This document shows positions 25,763 through 40,627 of a stretch of DNA of 64,000 bases, in pieces. This DNA is from Eledone cirrhosa. Taxonomy: Eukaryota. The DNA lies in NCBI GenBank assembly GCA_964016885.1, contig OZ024742.1, positions 306,404,001 to 306,468,000 of the forward strand, in the 5' to 3' direction. The position numbers were made by a program, and so were the translations under genes. Position 1 is the stretch's first letter. Each line of letters opens with the position of its first letter. The notes under the pieces are model-generated. The model was not told the DNA's origin and searched no databases. It worked only from the letters and a program-made list of their open reading frames with translations.

Positions 25763-28700
25763 TAGCAACTAACAGAGCTGCGATCGAATGTGGCTTTTTA
25801 GCCCAGCCAATGATCTAAAATGTCTTGCACAGAGTCGGCAACCAAAACATTCACTGGGAATAGGCGGCTGTGGTTGGAGTTCGTGTACTTTTGCATGTCG
25901 CTTGAGCCCTCCTGCTGATTTACATTCGCTGCATGTCAGCACCATAGGAGGACCCTCGCCGTCTGGAAGTGCAACAGCAATGCCCTTCCTCACATCCCGC
26001 TTTACTTTCTCGTGTGCGATTCGAGATGCCTCAAAGGCAACTTTTCCCTCATATACAGTCTTTCTCCATTTATTACGATCAGCAGCAATATTTTCCTATG
26101 TATCAGCAGAGATGTTAGCGTCTTTCAGAGAGGCTTTCAAGGAATCCTTATACCTCTTTTTTGGTTTATGTGGCGGTCGTTTTCCTTTAACCAACTCTCC
26201 ATAGAAGAGTTGTTTTGGTATTCTAGAATCCTTCATCCTGGCAAGGTGACCACTCCAACGGAGTCGTTGCTTAAGCACAAGAGCTTCTATACTGTCACAC
26301 AGAGCTTTCCAAAATCTCGACATCACTGATGTGGTCCCTCCAGTGAACGCCATGGATCCGTCTGAGACACATCTGATGGAAACGCTCCAATTGCCTACGG
26401 TGGCGTCGATATGTGACCCAGGTCTCGCAGGCATAAAGAAGACAAGAGAGTACACATGCCCTGTACACCTTTACCTTTGTCCTCCTGCATATGTCTCGCC
26501 GACCCCAGAGTCGCCTTTCTAGCTTTCCGAAAGCATCACTTGCTTTCCTAATCCTAAGTGAGATTTCACTGTCAAGGTTGCCGTATCGATTGACAGTGCT
26601 TCCCAGGTAGACAAACTGATCAACCACTCCAAGTCGTTTGCCATACACGTAGATGTTTGGTTCAGTGTACTGCTTACTAGGGGCAGGTTGGTACATGACG
26701 ACGGTTTTCTTGAGACTGACAGTCAAACCCAGGGCAGTGCAAGCGTCAGAAAATGCATTCAAAATGTGCTGCATATCACTCTCTGTGTGCGCTACAAGAT
26801 CGCAATCATCTGCATACAAGAGGTCTCTTATGATTGATGTAAATACTTTTGTCTTCGCAGCAAAGCGCCTGATGTTAAATATGCTGCCTGATGTTCGATA
26901 TCGGATGTAAACACCATGCTCGCAATTCCTGAATGCAATACAGAAAACCATTGCAAAGTATATGGCAAACAGGGTCGGTGCTGGAATATCCCCCTTTTTC
27001 ACTCCATTTTTTACTGAGATAGGCTCCGACATGTTACCTCCGACATTAACCCAAGCCTTCATGTCGTCATGGAAAGACCTAACTAAAGCAAGGAACTTAT
27101 CAGGGCAACCAAATTTCTGGAGAACCTTCCATAATGCATCTCTGTTGACAGTATCGAAAGCCTTTGTCAGATCGACAAAAACCTGATACAGATCCAAGCC
27201 TTGTTCAATGCACTTCTCCTAGAGCTGTCTAGCTGAGAAGATTATATCGGTAGTACCGCGTCCAGCACGAAAACCAGATTGACTTTCAGGAAGAACACAA
27301 TCTACAATGTGTGTCAGCAGACGGTCCAGAAGCACCCTACATAAAACTTTCCCTACGACAGAAAGCAATGATATACCTCTGTAGTTCCCACAATAATTCC
27401 TGTTACTCTTTCCCTTGTACAAGACCACCATTACTGCATCTCTCCAGTCCTCAGACACGGATTCATTAGCCCATATCCTTCCAAACAAAGAGTGAAGATG
27501 TTGTAGGAGTCTCTCACCACCATATTGTAGGAGCTCAGCATGTATGCCATCCATACCTGGAGATCTTCCACTGTTCAGCTTCGAAATAGCTACTGCAACC
27601 TCCACAAGTGTCGGAGGTTCTGCGAGAGCTACTTTCACAGGACTTTCTGGAATGAGATTGAGGAAATCTTCACTGACGACAGACGGCTGATTCAAAAGAT
27701 CATCAAAGTGCTCTCGCCACCTTTGTAGAATTCCCTGTGAGTCACGAAGAAGTTCTTTGCCATCCTTACTGCGAAGCGGTGTCACCAGAGAAGAAGACGG
27801 TCCATAACCTCACGCAAGAGACTGTACAACAGCTTTGTGTTATTGGAATCAGACGCAGTTTGTATCTCACCAGCCTTCTCACTCCACCACTGATCCTTCA
27901 TCTGAGAAAGACTCCGCCTAACACGTGATTTTACATCCCTGAGCTCCTCATGCAACGTATTCCTCTCCTGTGGTTTTGCCGTCAAGTAGCGTGACAGAGC
28001 ACGCCTCTTATCAGCCAACAAGTCTTCTATATGTACATCATTCTCATTAAACCAGTCCTGATGTTTTCTCTGCACCAATCCCAGAACACGCCTGCCTACA
28101 TCATAAACCGACTTTTTAAGGGTCGGCCAATCCTCACCAAGATCTGCAGCCAGCATCTCTTCTTCCAATGTCCTCTTCACATATTTATCCTTAAGACGAG
28201 CAGCATTCAATCTTTTGGGCAGGGTAACACCAGGAGCCCGGATTTTACGTTTGGTGATTAGTTTCACTTTTGCGCGTACCAGGCGGTGGTCCGTCCAGCA
28301 CTCAGCTCCACGAAGAACACGAACACACTGCACATCCTGTCTGTCACGCATCCTGACTAGGACGTAGTCCAAAAGATGCCATTCCTTAGATGCAGGATGC
28401 ATCCATGTGGTCTTGAATTTGTTCTTTTGTTTGGAACATGGTGTTGGTAACACACAGATCCAGCTCCTCACACATCTGTAGCAGGAGCATACCATTGCTG
28501 TTACACTTTCCCACCCCATGCTTTCCGATTACATTCCATGTGTTAAAATCCCTACCCACTCTAGAATTAAAGTCACCAAGCACGATGACTTTGTCTGCCT
28601 GAGGAATATTTCTTAGAACACCTTTCAAGGCATGGTAAAAGGACAGTTTTTCTTCATCGACAGAATTCATAGTTGGAGCATACACACTCACCAGGGTAGC

Positions 28701-29206
28701 ATATCTTCCCTTGTCCAGCGGAACTCTCATGGACATAAGACGCTCACTAATCCCTACTGGGAATTCTTCTAATTTATTCACAAGTACAGTCTTAACAGCA
28801 AATCCTACCCCAGCCTCTCTTCTGGTTCCTTCATCTCTTCCTTTCCAGAAGAATGTATATTCTCCACAAAATTCCGTAAGATGACCATCTCTAGCTAACC
28901 TCGTCTCGGATAAAGCCACGATGTCAAAATCGTAACGTCGAAGCTCCTTTGCAACAAGAGCGGTGCTTCGTTCAGGACGCTTCAAAGAATCCCTGTCAAG
29001 CAGCGTCCGTACGTTCCAGCAGCCAAGACTAAATGCCCTGTTTGGCTCTATTACAATGGCACGATGACGAGCGGGCCCAGGCTGTGATAACTTGGGGCCC
29101 CTGCCCTTATTGCCAATGATCTTTTTTGTTCCAGAACCTAAATTGCCAATTATCTCTTTTACATTGTTCTGGAACATCATTGAATTGGAAAAAAAAAGTA
29201 ATAATA

Positions 29207-29237
<31 letters not shown>

Positions 29238-29510
29238 TAGTACACTATTAATAATTATTAATGCACTCGTGCAATGCCTGTGCGTGACGAATATTTTTAA
29301 AGTGAGGAAAGACTGTGCACTGAGCCAATCCCACTCTCTGAGCGACAGTAGCTATAACCCGAAAAGAAGAAAAGATCAACATCATCGGTAACTAGTGAGC
29401 CGCAGGTTTTATATCGGAGTTAACCCAGTTTCCTGAGCCCTTCACCTAGAAGAATGCCCTAACAAGGGCTATGGGTTCTTCACTCCCAGTGGTTTAACTG
29501 CGCGATCGGG
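25398..29510 (-). mobile_element. Near full-length RTE-clade LINE
   Basis: Short leader, single APE-RT-C2H2 reading region, microsatellite-containing 3'UTR and (TATG)n tail. Confidence 0.93.
25769..29180 (-). pseudogene. RTE polyprotein (APE endonuclease, reverse transcriptase, C-terminal C2H2 fingers), broken by several frameshifts and a stop
   Basis: LGCWNVRTL, VALSETR, VYAPT, LGDFNSRVG, LDYV, WTDHRLV; NYRGISLLS, QSGFR.GRGT, FVDLTKAFD, LLYADD, YLGS, RLRWSGHLARM; CxxC..H motifs; fragments 28386-29180, 27782-28519, 27219-27785, 26295-27197, 26096-26455, 25769-25993. Confidence 0.95.
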
Positions 29511-29564
29511 CATACATACATACATACATACATACATACATACATACATACATACATACATACA

Positions 29565-29675
29565 TGATGGCTGCCCCCTCGTTATCGAGTATGGGCATTG
29601 CACGAGTAGAAAAAAAAAAATAAATGAAATAAAATAAAATAAATAAATAAAATATAAAATAAAAATAAAAAAAAG

Positions 29676-29716
<41 letters not shown>

Positions 29717-29727
29717 TATACACATAT

Positions 29728-29768
<41 letters not shown>

Positions 29769-30425
29769 TTAATAACAATAATAATAATAATAATAACAAC
29801 AATAATAATAACGACAACAACAATAATAATATACATATACATATATACATACACACGCACACACACAAACACATCTACAAACACACACACACACGATAGC
29901 AACTAACAGCGCTGCGATCGAATGTGGCTTTTTAGCCCAGCCAATGATCTAAAATGTCTTGCACAGAGTCGGCAACCAAAACATTCACTGGGAATAGCCG
30001 GCTGTGGTTGGAGTTCGTGTACTTTTGCATGTCGCTTGAGCCCTCCTGCTGATTTACATTCTCTACCACATGTTTGGCAAGCATGATGAGTAGCATCTCC
30101 AACAGCAGCCTGGTAGTCAACCACTGGTCTTACTTTATGACTGCGAAGATGACTTTCGAGTCCAGCTTTGCTTAGGCAGAGTCTCGCACAGACGCTTCAT
30201 GTCAGCACCATAGGAGGACCCTTGCCGTCTGGAAGTGCAACAGCAATGCCCTTCCTCACATCAAGCTTTACTTTCTCGTATGCGATTCGAGATGCCTCAA
30301 AGGCAACTTTTCCCTCATATACAGTCTTTCTCCATTTATTACGATCAGCAGCAATATTTTCCCATGTATCAGCAGAGATGTTAGCGTCTTTCAGAGAGGC
30401 TTTCAAGGAATTCTTATACCTCTTT
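29565..30425 (-). mobile_element. 5'-truncated second copy of the same RTE (3' end, C2H2 region, 3'UTR)
   Basis: High identity to 25398-26162; carries about 130 bp (30062-30197) missing from the long copy. Confidence 0.93.
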
Positions 30426-33404
30426 TTTTTTTTTTTACATACATACATACAAACAGACAGACAGACCAAATTTGGTCCTGCGCATTGAGTTTGAAATGTG
30501 GTCGGTTATAAGAGTTTGTAGACAGGATATGGCGCTAAATACTCCATTTGATTCTGTTTCTTCTCAGGTTTCTATGTTCAAATATTTTGTCATCCCCTTA
30601 ATTCAAACTTTCCGGATAAAATAATTATCAGAAATGTACTGAAGCCAATTCAAAAGGGACTCTCATAGAAAACCAGAAATTTGACCCAAACAAAAGAACA
30701 CCAGCGTTAGACTTCAATATATTAGATAACCGAAATAATTATATTGTATTATTATGTTCTGGATAGCTTTGATTCCGATACTTTTAATTCCAATACTTTT
30801 GATCCAATAATTGTATTCCAATTGTTGGGGAAATCCACAAAGCTTTTCATTTCTTATATTCTGATATTATAGTATAGGATATAAGAATCCGGGAAATGAT
30901 GATTTAACAAATGAACGAAGTTAAGAATGAAATCGCTTCTAGCAATCTCATGATATGCATTACAGCTTCATCTCACCCAACATCGGAATAAATCAGAACT
31001 TTACATATTATCACTTTCATGCAATCCAACAAATCATTCCGGATTCTCTAAAATCTAATTACATATTCTATTTAATTTTTCTGATTATTATAAGATTGCT
31101 GCCTAATTTTACTTTATCCGCTTTTTTTCCATACCGAGGTGAATACCTACATTCTAGGAAGACATTCCAAAATAATAAATGTGAATCTCAACTCAAGTCT
31201 TCTTCGTGTAGTATTATGTTGTTGAGGCATAAATTTTAATGTTACTAATTATTTACTGTAACCATGGTGTGATTGGATGTCCGTAAATTCATCTGAAAAC
31301 CTGTTATATGAATCATTCGGGGCCGAAATAACAGCCTTTTTGTAATATGTGATAAAATATACTGTGTAATTGAAATAATATATTATCTGCTTTCGTAAGA
31401 CCTACACTCCGGTTTACAAGGATATTTTATTTGATTCCATCTCCTGAAGCATTTGGATTGTTCTGAATCTAGAAATACACATCGTAGCTAAAAACGTCTA
31501 GATATACAGTTCCACAGATACCCGGTCATACAAACAGGAAAACTATATAAGGCAACTGTTTTAATGAAAACATTGTGGCAGTGATGTGTATTTATGCCGC
31601 CATAATGTCGTAATTCATTCAACTTGATTCTACATTACTCTCAGCTATCATATACTTACATAACCTTCTGCTATCTGTTGATCTTACTCCTTCCCGACCT
31701 ATATAATTGGTGTCTATAAAATGTATCACAGAAACATCTCTTTCTGCTCTGCCTTAACAATTTAAACATAGATCAGAAACCATATGTAACGTGTGTCTCT
31801 CAATATAGCAAGAAATAGTTGATACATCTATCTCAGCATTAGATAAATTGTCAGAAAAAAAGGCTAGCTACTGCTCGTGTTGAGGTTTCACTCCAGTCTA
31901 ATTCATATTGAGCTGGCCTGAAATACAATATATTTCAGCTATGTCGATCCTTTGTTCAGAAATAGCTTAAATGTGTTAAACAATGTGTTACTTAAAACTG
32001 TTTTGAATGCTCTTTCTATCAATACGAAAGATCCCATAGGAAAACTCTCATTGGATAATTATTGGGGTTGTGGCGTAGCGCAAACGTAAGCCTGATCTAG
32101 CACACATACGAATTCCTGACCCGAAAGCTCCTTTGTCGTTCAAGTGTTTAAGATTCTATGATGTAATCTCACAGAGTCTGTTTACTTACACCTGTATTTC
32201 GTAACAAACCAAAACAAATATCTATACATCACTCTGTAATCCATTCCATTCGAATATCAAGCGAAAATCTGAACCTTTCGGTCGTCAATTAAAGAGGCTT
32301 AGCGCCTAATGTTGATTATTTGACGAGCCGTAGAAATAGTTTATATAAATTCCTAGCGTGCATACCATTGAAGGATATGCACACTATGACAAATCACACT
32401 AAATCTACGTGAAGGTTAGTAATTAACATGACTTAGAGAATAATGTTGTCCGATCACCAAATATTACAAGTTTTACCTGATAACCGTCTGATTGCATTTA
32501 ATGTATAATGGAAGAGAATTGACATCTCTTGGTTCAGATGGTGATTGTTGCAGTCGTTCCATTAAAGGAACGCCCTGCTCTTCAAATTCCATAGCGTAAT
32601 TCTCATGGTGATTCATTGTAACACATCGTGTGATAGGGCTGGCCGTTGATTTGCATATACTGTTATCCGACGGGTTTCCAAAGAATTTCAATCTACCCAC
32701 ATTCACTTGCAAAGCGTTGGATTAACCCGAGGCGGTGGTAAATGACAGTTTACATACATGCTCAGCATTGGGATCAAACGCACGACCCACTGGTTCCGAA
32801 GCGAAAATCTTAGCCCTTTACCCATGCCACATGCACTAACGTACGTTCATGAGCTAAATGAATACACTTTGTGAATACACTTAATATACCACAAAGGACG
32901 TGTTGAACAAACAATTTTCACGATTTCATCCGTTTTCAATTGAACACGAGATGCTTAACACATGAGAGCAATGTATAGGCGTTAATGTGAATGAGGATTT
33001 TTACAGCTTCTATATATTTGATTCGTACGTCTTCCATCTATATGGAGATAGTTATCTTATTTTACCGTTATTTCATTGTGTCTTTTATTTTTGTTGTTAT
33101 TTGTCCTCGCTAAATATGTTATTTTCTCATCACCCATTCCCACTTGCCAACTTCTTTAACACACAATATTTCCGTCCATCACCAGTCTACATCTAGAAAT
33201 ATATAAACGACATCCCTACAAGTGGTCTTCTCTACAACTTTCATAATTTGAAATATGACGTCCAGATTAACCATAATCAAGAACAGTACCACCTTAGAGT
33301 GAATTCTGCATTATCTTGCCCTGCAACAGGCTCTGTAGTTGATTTAAGATATAACTTTAATCTTCCCCCAAATTTGTTCGCATTATACCTAAAATAGGAA
33401 TTAA

Positions 33405-33850
33405 GGATGGTTGGCAGGGTTCGTTGAACAAAATGCTTTACGGTGTTTAGTTACATTTTATATCCCGAGTTCAAATCCCACCGAGATCAACTTTGCCTTT
33501 CATCATTCCGTGGTCGATACCATTAAGTATCAGTTAAGTATTGGGCTCAATATAATCGGCTTTTTGCTTCCTCAAATCGCTGACCTTTTGCCACTTTCAG
33601 AATAAATTAAGTGAATACATAAATATTATTAGGAGGCAGGATTTGCAGGTTCATTGGCACCTCGGATAAGTTACTCCCCAGTACTTTTTCCAGCTTTTAG
33701 GTCCTGCGTTCAAATCTTACCGAGTTCAAATTTGTCTATTATTCTTCCGGAGTCGATAAAATAAAAGTATCAGTTAAGTATAGCACTTGCACTCGATATA
33801 ATCGATTTTCCCTCTCCCAAATTGCCTGCTTTTGACAATATTAGAAAGAG
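33405..33850 (+). mobile_element. Two older diverged Meta-type SINE copies
   Basis: GAGTTCAAATCCCACCGAGATCAACTTTGCCTTTCATC..GTCGATA and GTTCAAATCTTACCGAG...GTCGATAAAATAAAAGTATCAG. Confidence 0.7.
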
Positions 33851-36386
33851 TTAATATAATTTATGTGGGGGAGGGTCCTAATTTGTGTGGGATATTTAAT
33901 TAGATATTTTTATTCTGCATTATTAGCATAGATCTTTCCGATGATAAATTTACCTAAACATCAGTTTCGAATAAATATGAAATGAAATACCAGTCAATTA
34001 CCGGGGTTGGTTAAATCAATTATTGAATGTCGCCCTCACAAAGTATACATCGTTTTCTGGTTTATGATAAGATTCATTGCTATTGTGATTTATATTGCTA
34101 TTCTTACAGTCATTAACAATTTGTATTTAACTTCTCAGTTAGTCTCTGTTTTATATAGTATTGTTTTCGTAATTATTGTTGTTTATTTATCATTATCTAG
34201 ATTCATTAACATCATATTTTAGAAATTTATCGCGTTTATAGAATAAATACTTCAGAAGTTTATTTGTTTTTCTTTGCCAATTAAATCTTTTTTAATTAAT
34301 TAATATACGTCATTTTCTTATATCTTTGACGACATATTGATTTGGTGGTGATGGTGATGGGGTTGGGGTTGATAGTAATAGTAGTAGTACTGTTATAATT
34401 TAAAACTTCGCAGTATGATATTGATTTGTTGTCCGGGTTTCAGTAGATCCACTAGAGCCAGTTCTTCATGGTTACTAAATTCATACACTTGTGAACTGTT
34501 AATTGTAAACGTGGTGTCTGTGTGTTTAAAAACCGAACACAAAGAGACATTCTTGGAAATGATTGTGTAAACAATGCATCTAAAATCAAGAAAATTGTCA
34601 GAAAGCAAATATTGTATCAATGCATAACATTTGCTGGAGATAAATGTTTGAAATTTATATTTGGGAAATGATTGAAAAATACAAACAGAGAATTGAGAGA
34701 CGTCTACGATATACGCGTAAAAGTTATACATCGCCATCCCATCCCTAATTAACGTCTATTTTCTGTGATTGCATGGGTTAGATGGGTTGTGAGGTTCTGA
34801 GGCTAGGCTGCTCAGGTGACCACATGTTGCTCATACTTTACGCTTGTGGTTTGTGTTTACAGCTGGGTGGTCTTTCTATCGCCATCTACTTTATAGCGTA
34901 TACTCTACAGGGTGTACTGGGTGAATTTTGTAAGTAGCCAGCATTATCACCTTACAGAGTGAATTAGCTGCTTTTTGTCGTGGTATCTTTAGTGGAGGTT
35001 GGGTGCTTTGTGTCGAAGCACAAACACTACCACAATACAGGGAGGAGTGGATGCTTTTTATCATGGCAGTAGCACTAAAATTTAAAAATTGGGCAGGGTT
35101 CTTTTTATCGTGACACCATTACTACATTTGTTATGCACAGAAGTATGCCACCAACAAAATAGCTGTTGGGTAGAATGAAAGATATTAGAATTGAGACCGA
35201 ACAGAATCCAATAAAGTTTTAAAGTCAGTCTCCAGGCAATATAAAAGCGAAATTTGTATTGCTGGAATTCTGATAAAATGCTTTAGCCGCGAGCATTTTG
35301 CAGATGACAGACGGTTTACCGGAGCGGGATTTCTTTACATAAGATGTCTCAAGAGCTTAAGGAACTTTAGGTGTCTTACAAAACGTTAACAATGATCTTC
35401 AAACGATATTTTGTTTTCCTTTTTAGATTCAATACCGTTTAACGAAAATAGTTTCTCCTTCCCCATGCTCCCAAACTTTTAACGTTACTCTGGTGTTAAG
35501 TTAATGTTCAATTTACTTTAACTAGAAAAGTAACATAATAATTTTAACCGCTTTATCTCTTGTCCTGTGTTATATAATTATTGTGTACTGGGCTAATTGC
35601 TGGCCTTGTGCCAAAAGTAGAAAACAATTATTATATCTTCATTGTGGTAGCTCACTCTCTTTTAAAAACATTCTAGTTTAGTAGAAACTTTCCTGAAACC
35701 TCTGTTTTGTATTAATCACTTGCTTGTTCTTGTTTATCTGATGGGTACAATATTAATTCTTTTAAATTTTCTGCTGGTTGCTTCTTGTTTTCAATGGCAG
35801 TATCTAGTTAGATTTTCCTTTTTAGCTCCCAATAAATTAAAAGATTTATAAGGCTCTAACAGAAAGCATTATCTCCACATTTGATGAAATATAACAATAT
35901 GTTGGTACTTCATCTGAATAGGCTTGACTTTCTAAGAAGATCGTTTGTGTGTATGAAGTTTCTGTGGATCTGTAAATGCTAAATGGCTACGTGGTTTAAA
36001 TATTCCACCTTTAAATTAGTGGCTGTAAGTTCATGTCAGCTAAATCAAGTTATTTATATTTATTGAAAATATATATTGTACATTTCTCCTAACTGAATAG
36101 CATGTTGTTGTTGTTTTTTACTGACTTAAGTAACATGATTATGACTATTTATACATTGTCTGGTATTTAATTATTAGACATTATTTTAACTAATGTTATC
36201 GTTTAACTTGAGGTTTACAAAGCTGTTTCCCTTCGTAGATGTAGATGCACACAACTGATCATGATTTTACACCCCTCACACACACATACACACACTGAAT
36301 GTCATCATAGCTTCCAGTGTATGTTCTGATTATTAAAATGTTTATGAAAAATGCAGCAGTAACGAGGAAATATTATTGAGAAAACA

Positions 36387-36575
36387 GTGGATTGGCAGTG
36401 TCGGTAGAGGGTCGGATGCCATGCTATGACGCATAGAGTTACGGCCCTTGCCATTCTGAGTTCAAATCCCGTCGAGGTTAACTTTGCCTTTCATTCTTAC
36501 GGGGTCGATAAAATAAAGTACCAGTACTGCACTGGGTTATTGCTGGCCTTGTGCCAAATGTAGAAACAATTATTG
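36387..36575 (+). mobile_element. Full-length tRNA-derived SINE (Meta-type)
   Basis: A box TGGCAGTGTCGG, B box GAGTTCAAATCCC, TTTGCCTTTCATTCTTACGGGGTCGATAAAATAAAGTACCAG, 3' TTGCTGGCCTTGTGCCAAA.GTAGAAACAATTA. Confidence 0.9.
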
Positions 36576-36635
36576 AGAAAACGGATATGAATGTTTTGTT
36601 GGTATTCTTAATACATGTCACTATTTACAGAATAA

Positions 36636-36822
36636 TAGTTGTTTGTACTTTTGGCACAAGGCCAGCATTTATTCCAGTGTATTACTGGTACTTTATTTTA
36701 TCGACCCCATAAGGACGAAAGGCAAAGTTAACCTCGGCGGGATTTGAACTCAGATCATAAAGGGTCGTAGCTCTTTACTGCAAAGCAAGGCGTCCAACCC
36801 TCTACCGATACTGCCAATCCAC
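36636..36822 (-). mobile_element. Full-length SINE, tail-to-tail with the previous copy
   Basis: Reverse complement of family consensus. Confidence 0.9.
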
Positions 36823-39187
36823 CATAATATTAATTTACAAGACTGATCAGAGAGATCGAAATGCATTTTCTCAGCAAGTATTTATGACCTTTGTGGAGAT
36901 AGGTTAAACGATAAACATCGGTGCCTCACACACTACACAGTTCAATTGCAGTAGTGTTAATCTCTGACTTTCCATAACACAAGATGATAACCCACCCATT
37001 AAAGGGAAAGTAGTGTAATTCTGGCTACAATCTAAAACCTTCTAAGTGGTCCACAAAAAAATTTTAGTAAGTTAAACTGAAGGAGCGTGCCATCTTAATC
37101 ACAATAACATCATTGCTGCTGATTTGATTTGAACTCAAGATATGAGCTATTAATAGTACTCGAAATCCTTGTTTGCTAATAAAATATAGTATTAAATTAT
37201 CTGCACGAATTATGTAACGTACGTTAGCATTTGTTTTATAATTACCGAATCCAAAGCTTCTAATTATCTAAATGTTACAAATAAAATATTGCACATGCCT
37301 TTGTCAATTAAACCTGTTTATTTTTTTAAAGCAATGCATTTATTGTTTAAATATTCTATTTTTCAATAGAATTTCAATTTTAGTTTTTAAAATATTTACT
37401 AATAATGTTATTATTCACCAGACGATTTCCTTTGAATATTACTTCCCCTTACCACATTAAATTTCCTCTGCTTCATTTACTTATTTATTTTTATTATCTC
37501 CATAATTTTCTTCACTTTACCAGCGGTATCTTCTCATTGTCCCCTATCTTATTCCTATTTGCTTGTCTCAAATTCCCTTCTAGTCCAAAGAGTTTCATTT
37601 GTTAACCGCCACGCCTTAAACAGCATTCATGCATAGAGAGAATCGATTTAAATAAATATATATTTATCTTTTTGTTTCTGATTGTTTCTGAATTTTTTTT
37701 TATTTTTGTCACATTCCCTTTTTCTGATGTGCTGCACCTCAAAGTAAAACATTTCCTCCACACTCGCAGCCATTGTGAGCCTCTACATTCCATTACCATA
37801 CTCTCCATACTAGCTTACAATTAAAATAGAGTAATATGTCACACCCTAACACTTCACGCCTCTGCTATTACATACATCACACTTTCACTACTACATTCTA
37901 CACTACAGTACAACACTACATATACCACACCACAACATACTGCACTATACGACTGCACACTACAACATACTACACTACACCATACTATAATTATATTTAA
38001 TAAGTATTTTTAATGTTGATGCTAACAACCTTAAGATAATATTCTTCTGTAGGTTAATCGAATAATACCGAAACAAGTTCAGGTTGTCTCCACTGTTACC
38101 AAAATGATTCAAATAGATTAGTAATTGAGTTAATGCCGTATACTACTCTCTATAGAAGTCTATATCATTGGTAATTTTAGTTTTGATGTCTTAACATTAC
38201 GTTAACATTATTATAAATAAATGTTATTCATGCAGACCATGTCCCTGGGTATTTAAACTCAGTAATATATTATGTTAAGTATAGCATGGCTCTATATTTC
38301 TTCTGATGATGCCAAATAATCCAACGTCCTCAAGATTCCATCCATTGCTAGAATACAATATGTAGCCAGCTGCTACTACTTTATTTTGTCGCCGCATTTA
38401 ACCCTACTGTGTATGTGATGTTAAAAACAATAGAAATAATCAAACGAACAATTATTTTACAGACAATCTTTTGATAAAGTTCCGCATTGATAAATAGCTG
38501 AAGCGCTGTTAATTTGAATCATCTCGTTGCATACCATCACCAGCCAGGTCAACCATATACAACTGTCTCTCATCGACCGTCGCCTCTACTTTGATTCATA
38601 TCCTAACCGTAACCCTAACCAAATTTGCTACATCTTCTAGTCAGAGCTTTAACTTTCTATAATACACATCTCGACCACATTTTCATCATAGACCAGACGT
38701 AAACTTGTATTCATTTCAAATGAACATACACCACAGTGATCTTACAAAACACGAAAACCCACCCTTCTATTTTTAGTCATAGAAGAGAAATACTGGAGCC
38801 CCAGTATTGTGATGGAATGTTTTTTGTTTGTTTTTTTCTACAGAAAACTGGGAAACAATGAGAAAATATTCTATAGCAGTATGGAGAAAAACTTCAAATC
38901 GAAGAGCTGGTATTTTCCATTGAGTCAATAAATCATAACTTGAAAATAATTACCTAGAGATACTACATCAAATAGTCTAAAGATTCCGTACATACATCCT
39001 CAAGAAAACAAGATTTCAGAAGTGTGACATAACTATCCTAATTAGTGTAACGTTAACAAAAGTAAATAATATCAGGAAAAATAACGGACTAGAAATTAAT
39101 GAGCTAGAACTAGAACCTATATATCAGGAATAAAGGACAGTAGTTGTACAGAGAGTCCACAACATATGACAACACAGTTAAAACCTA

Positions 39188-39349
<162 letters not shown>

Positions 39350-40461
39350 CTCCCTTTCCCTCTCGCTCTATTTGACTAATTTAATCAGAGCTTCATTGAA
39401 AGATTGCACATATTATTCAACGATAACATCCCTTTGATGAGAGAACATATGCGGAACAGCAATGGCTACAAAGTTTTCGGATGCTATCCTACGTATATAG
39501 TGAACTTGAAACAACATTTTACAAAACCTTTAAAGAATATCTCATCAGGAAGTGGAAAAGTCTTCTAAGTACCAGTTTATGTAATCAATTCAAAAGATGA
39601 ACTACAATGATTTCATAATAATCTACACATGTTATATCCGTCCATTAGATTCACCACAGAATCCAGTGACAAAGAGGTACTGTTGTTGATAATTGCCGTC
39701 ACAGAATTGAAGTAATCATTCTTATGAATAATTTAGATTTAATGAAAATCAACTAATATAAGGATTTGACCAAGGTGTGTATTGATGGAGTCTGGAGAAA
39801 TCTTCGATAACTCGTCGCGACATACATCAATTTAAACTTGGCAGAGAACAACCTAGCTTCCAATTTAGAACACCACCGATTTCTGCCAGAGAAGAGAGAG
39901 AGGGAAATTTGAGAAAAATATAGAGAAAAAATCAACCCCCTGTGCTGGATTGGTTTATTGATTATCGATATAGAAATGATGAAATGTAATGTGGGCCACA
40001 CTTAGATTTCAACTCATCGGGCAGAACCGGAAAGAATAACACAAATCATTCCATCCGACATAATAATGACTCTGCAAATTCGGCACCTCTTTGAAAAAGG
40101 TACAACACCCCATATTTTTAAGTGTGTATTGATGGTTAGATTGCCTAACTACTTATTTGGTACCTATATGCCATTGCCCCCCGCCCCCTCTCCCAACATA
40201 CATACACAATATTTGCGTCCCATGTGTGAAATATCTGTTTTTCATAATATCTTTAAGATTAATTTATATTGGTTGAGCATATTACTTTCTCGGCGGGTAA
40301 GATTGTTATGTGATATGCAATTGATATTTTCAATACCCTTAAAATACAAACTTATTAAATTACAATCAAAACTACATTACTATATTTAAAAAGTATCTTA
40401 TATTACTATTCCTCAGTACTTGTCTTACACATCTCTCTTGAAAGTTTAGAGGTGTAAGATA

Positions 40462-40627
40462 TAATTGTTTCTACTATTGGCACAAGGCCAGAAAATTACC
40501 CAGTACATTACTGGTACTTTATTTTATCGACCCCGTAAGGATGAAAGGCAAAGTTAACCTCGGCGGGATTTGAACTCAGAATGGCAAGGGCCGTAACTCT
40601 ATGCGTCAAAGCATGGCGTCCGAACCT
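40462..40627 (-). mobile_element. SINE (Meta-type)
   Basis: Family consensus. Confidence 0.88.

Noticed and set aside
36387-36480. tRNA genes
   Set aside because: A/B boxes belong to SINE heads; no cloverleaf
38069-38095. GAAACAAGTTCAGGTTGTC, HHR 3'-half-like
   Set aside because: No upstream core or repeat architecture identified
38602-38621. Telomere-like CCTAAC repeats
   Set aside because: Only about three degenerate units
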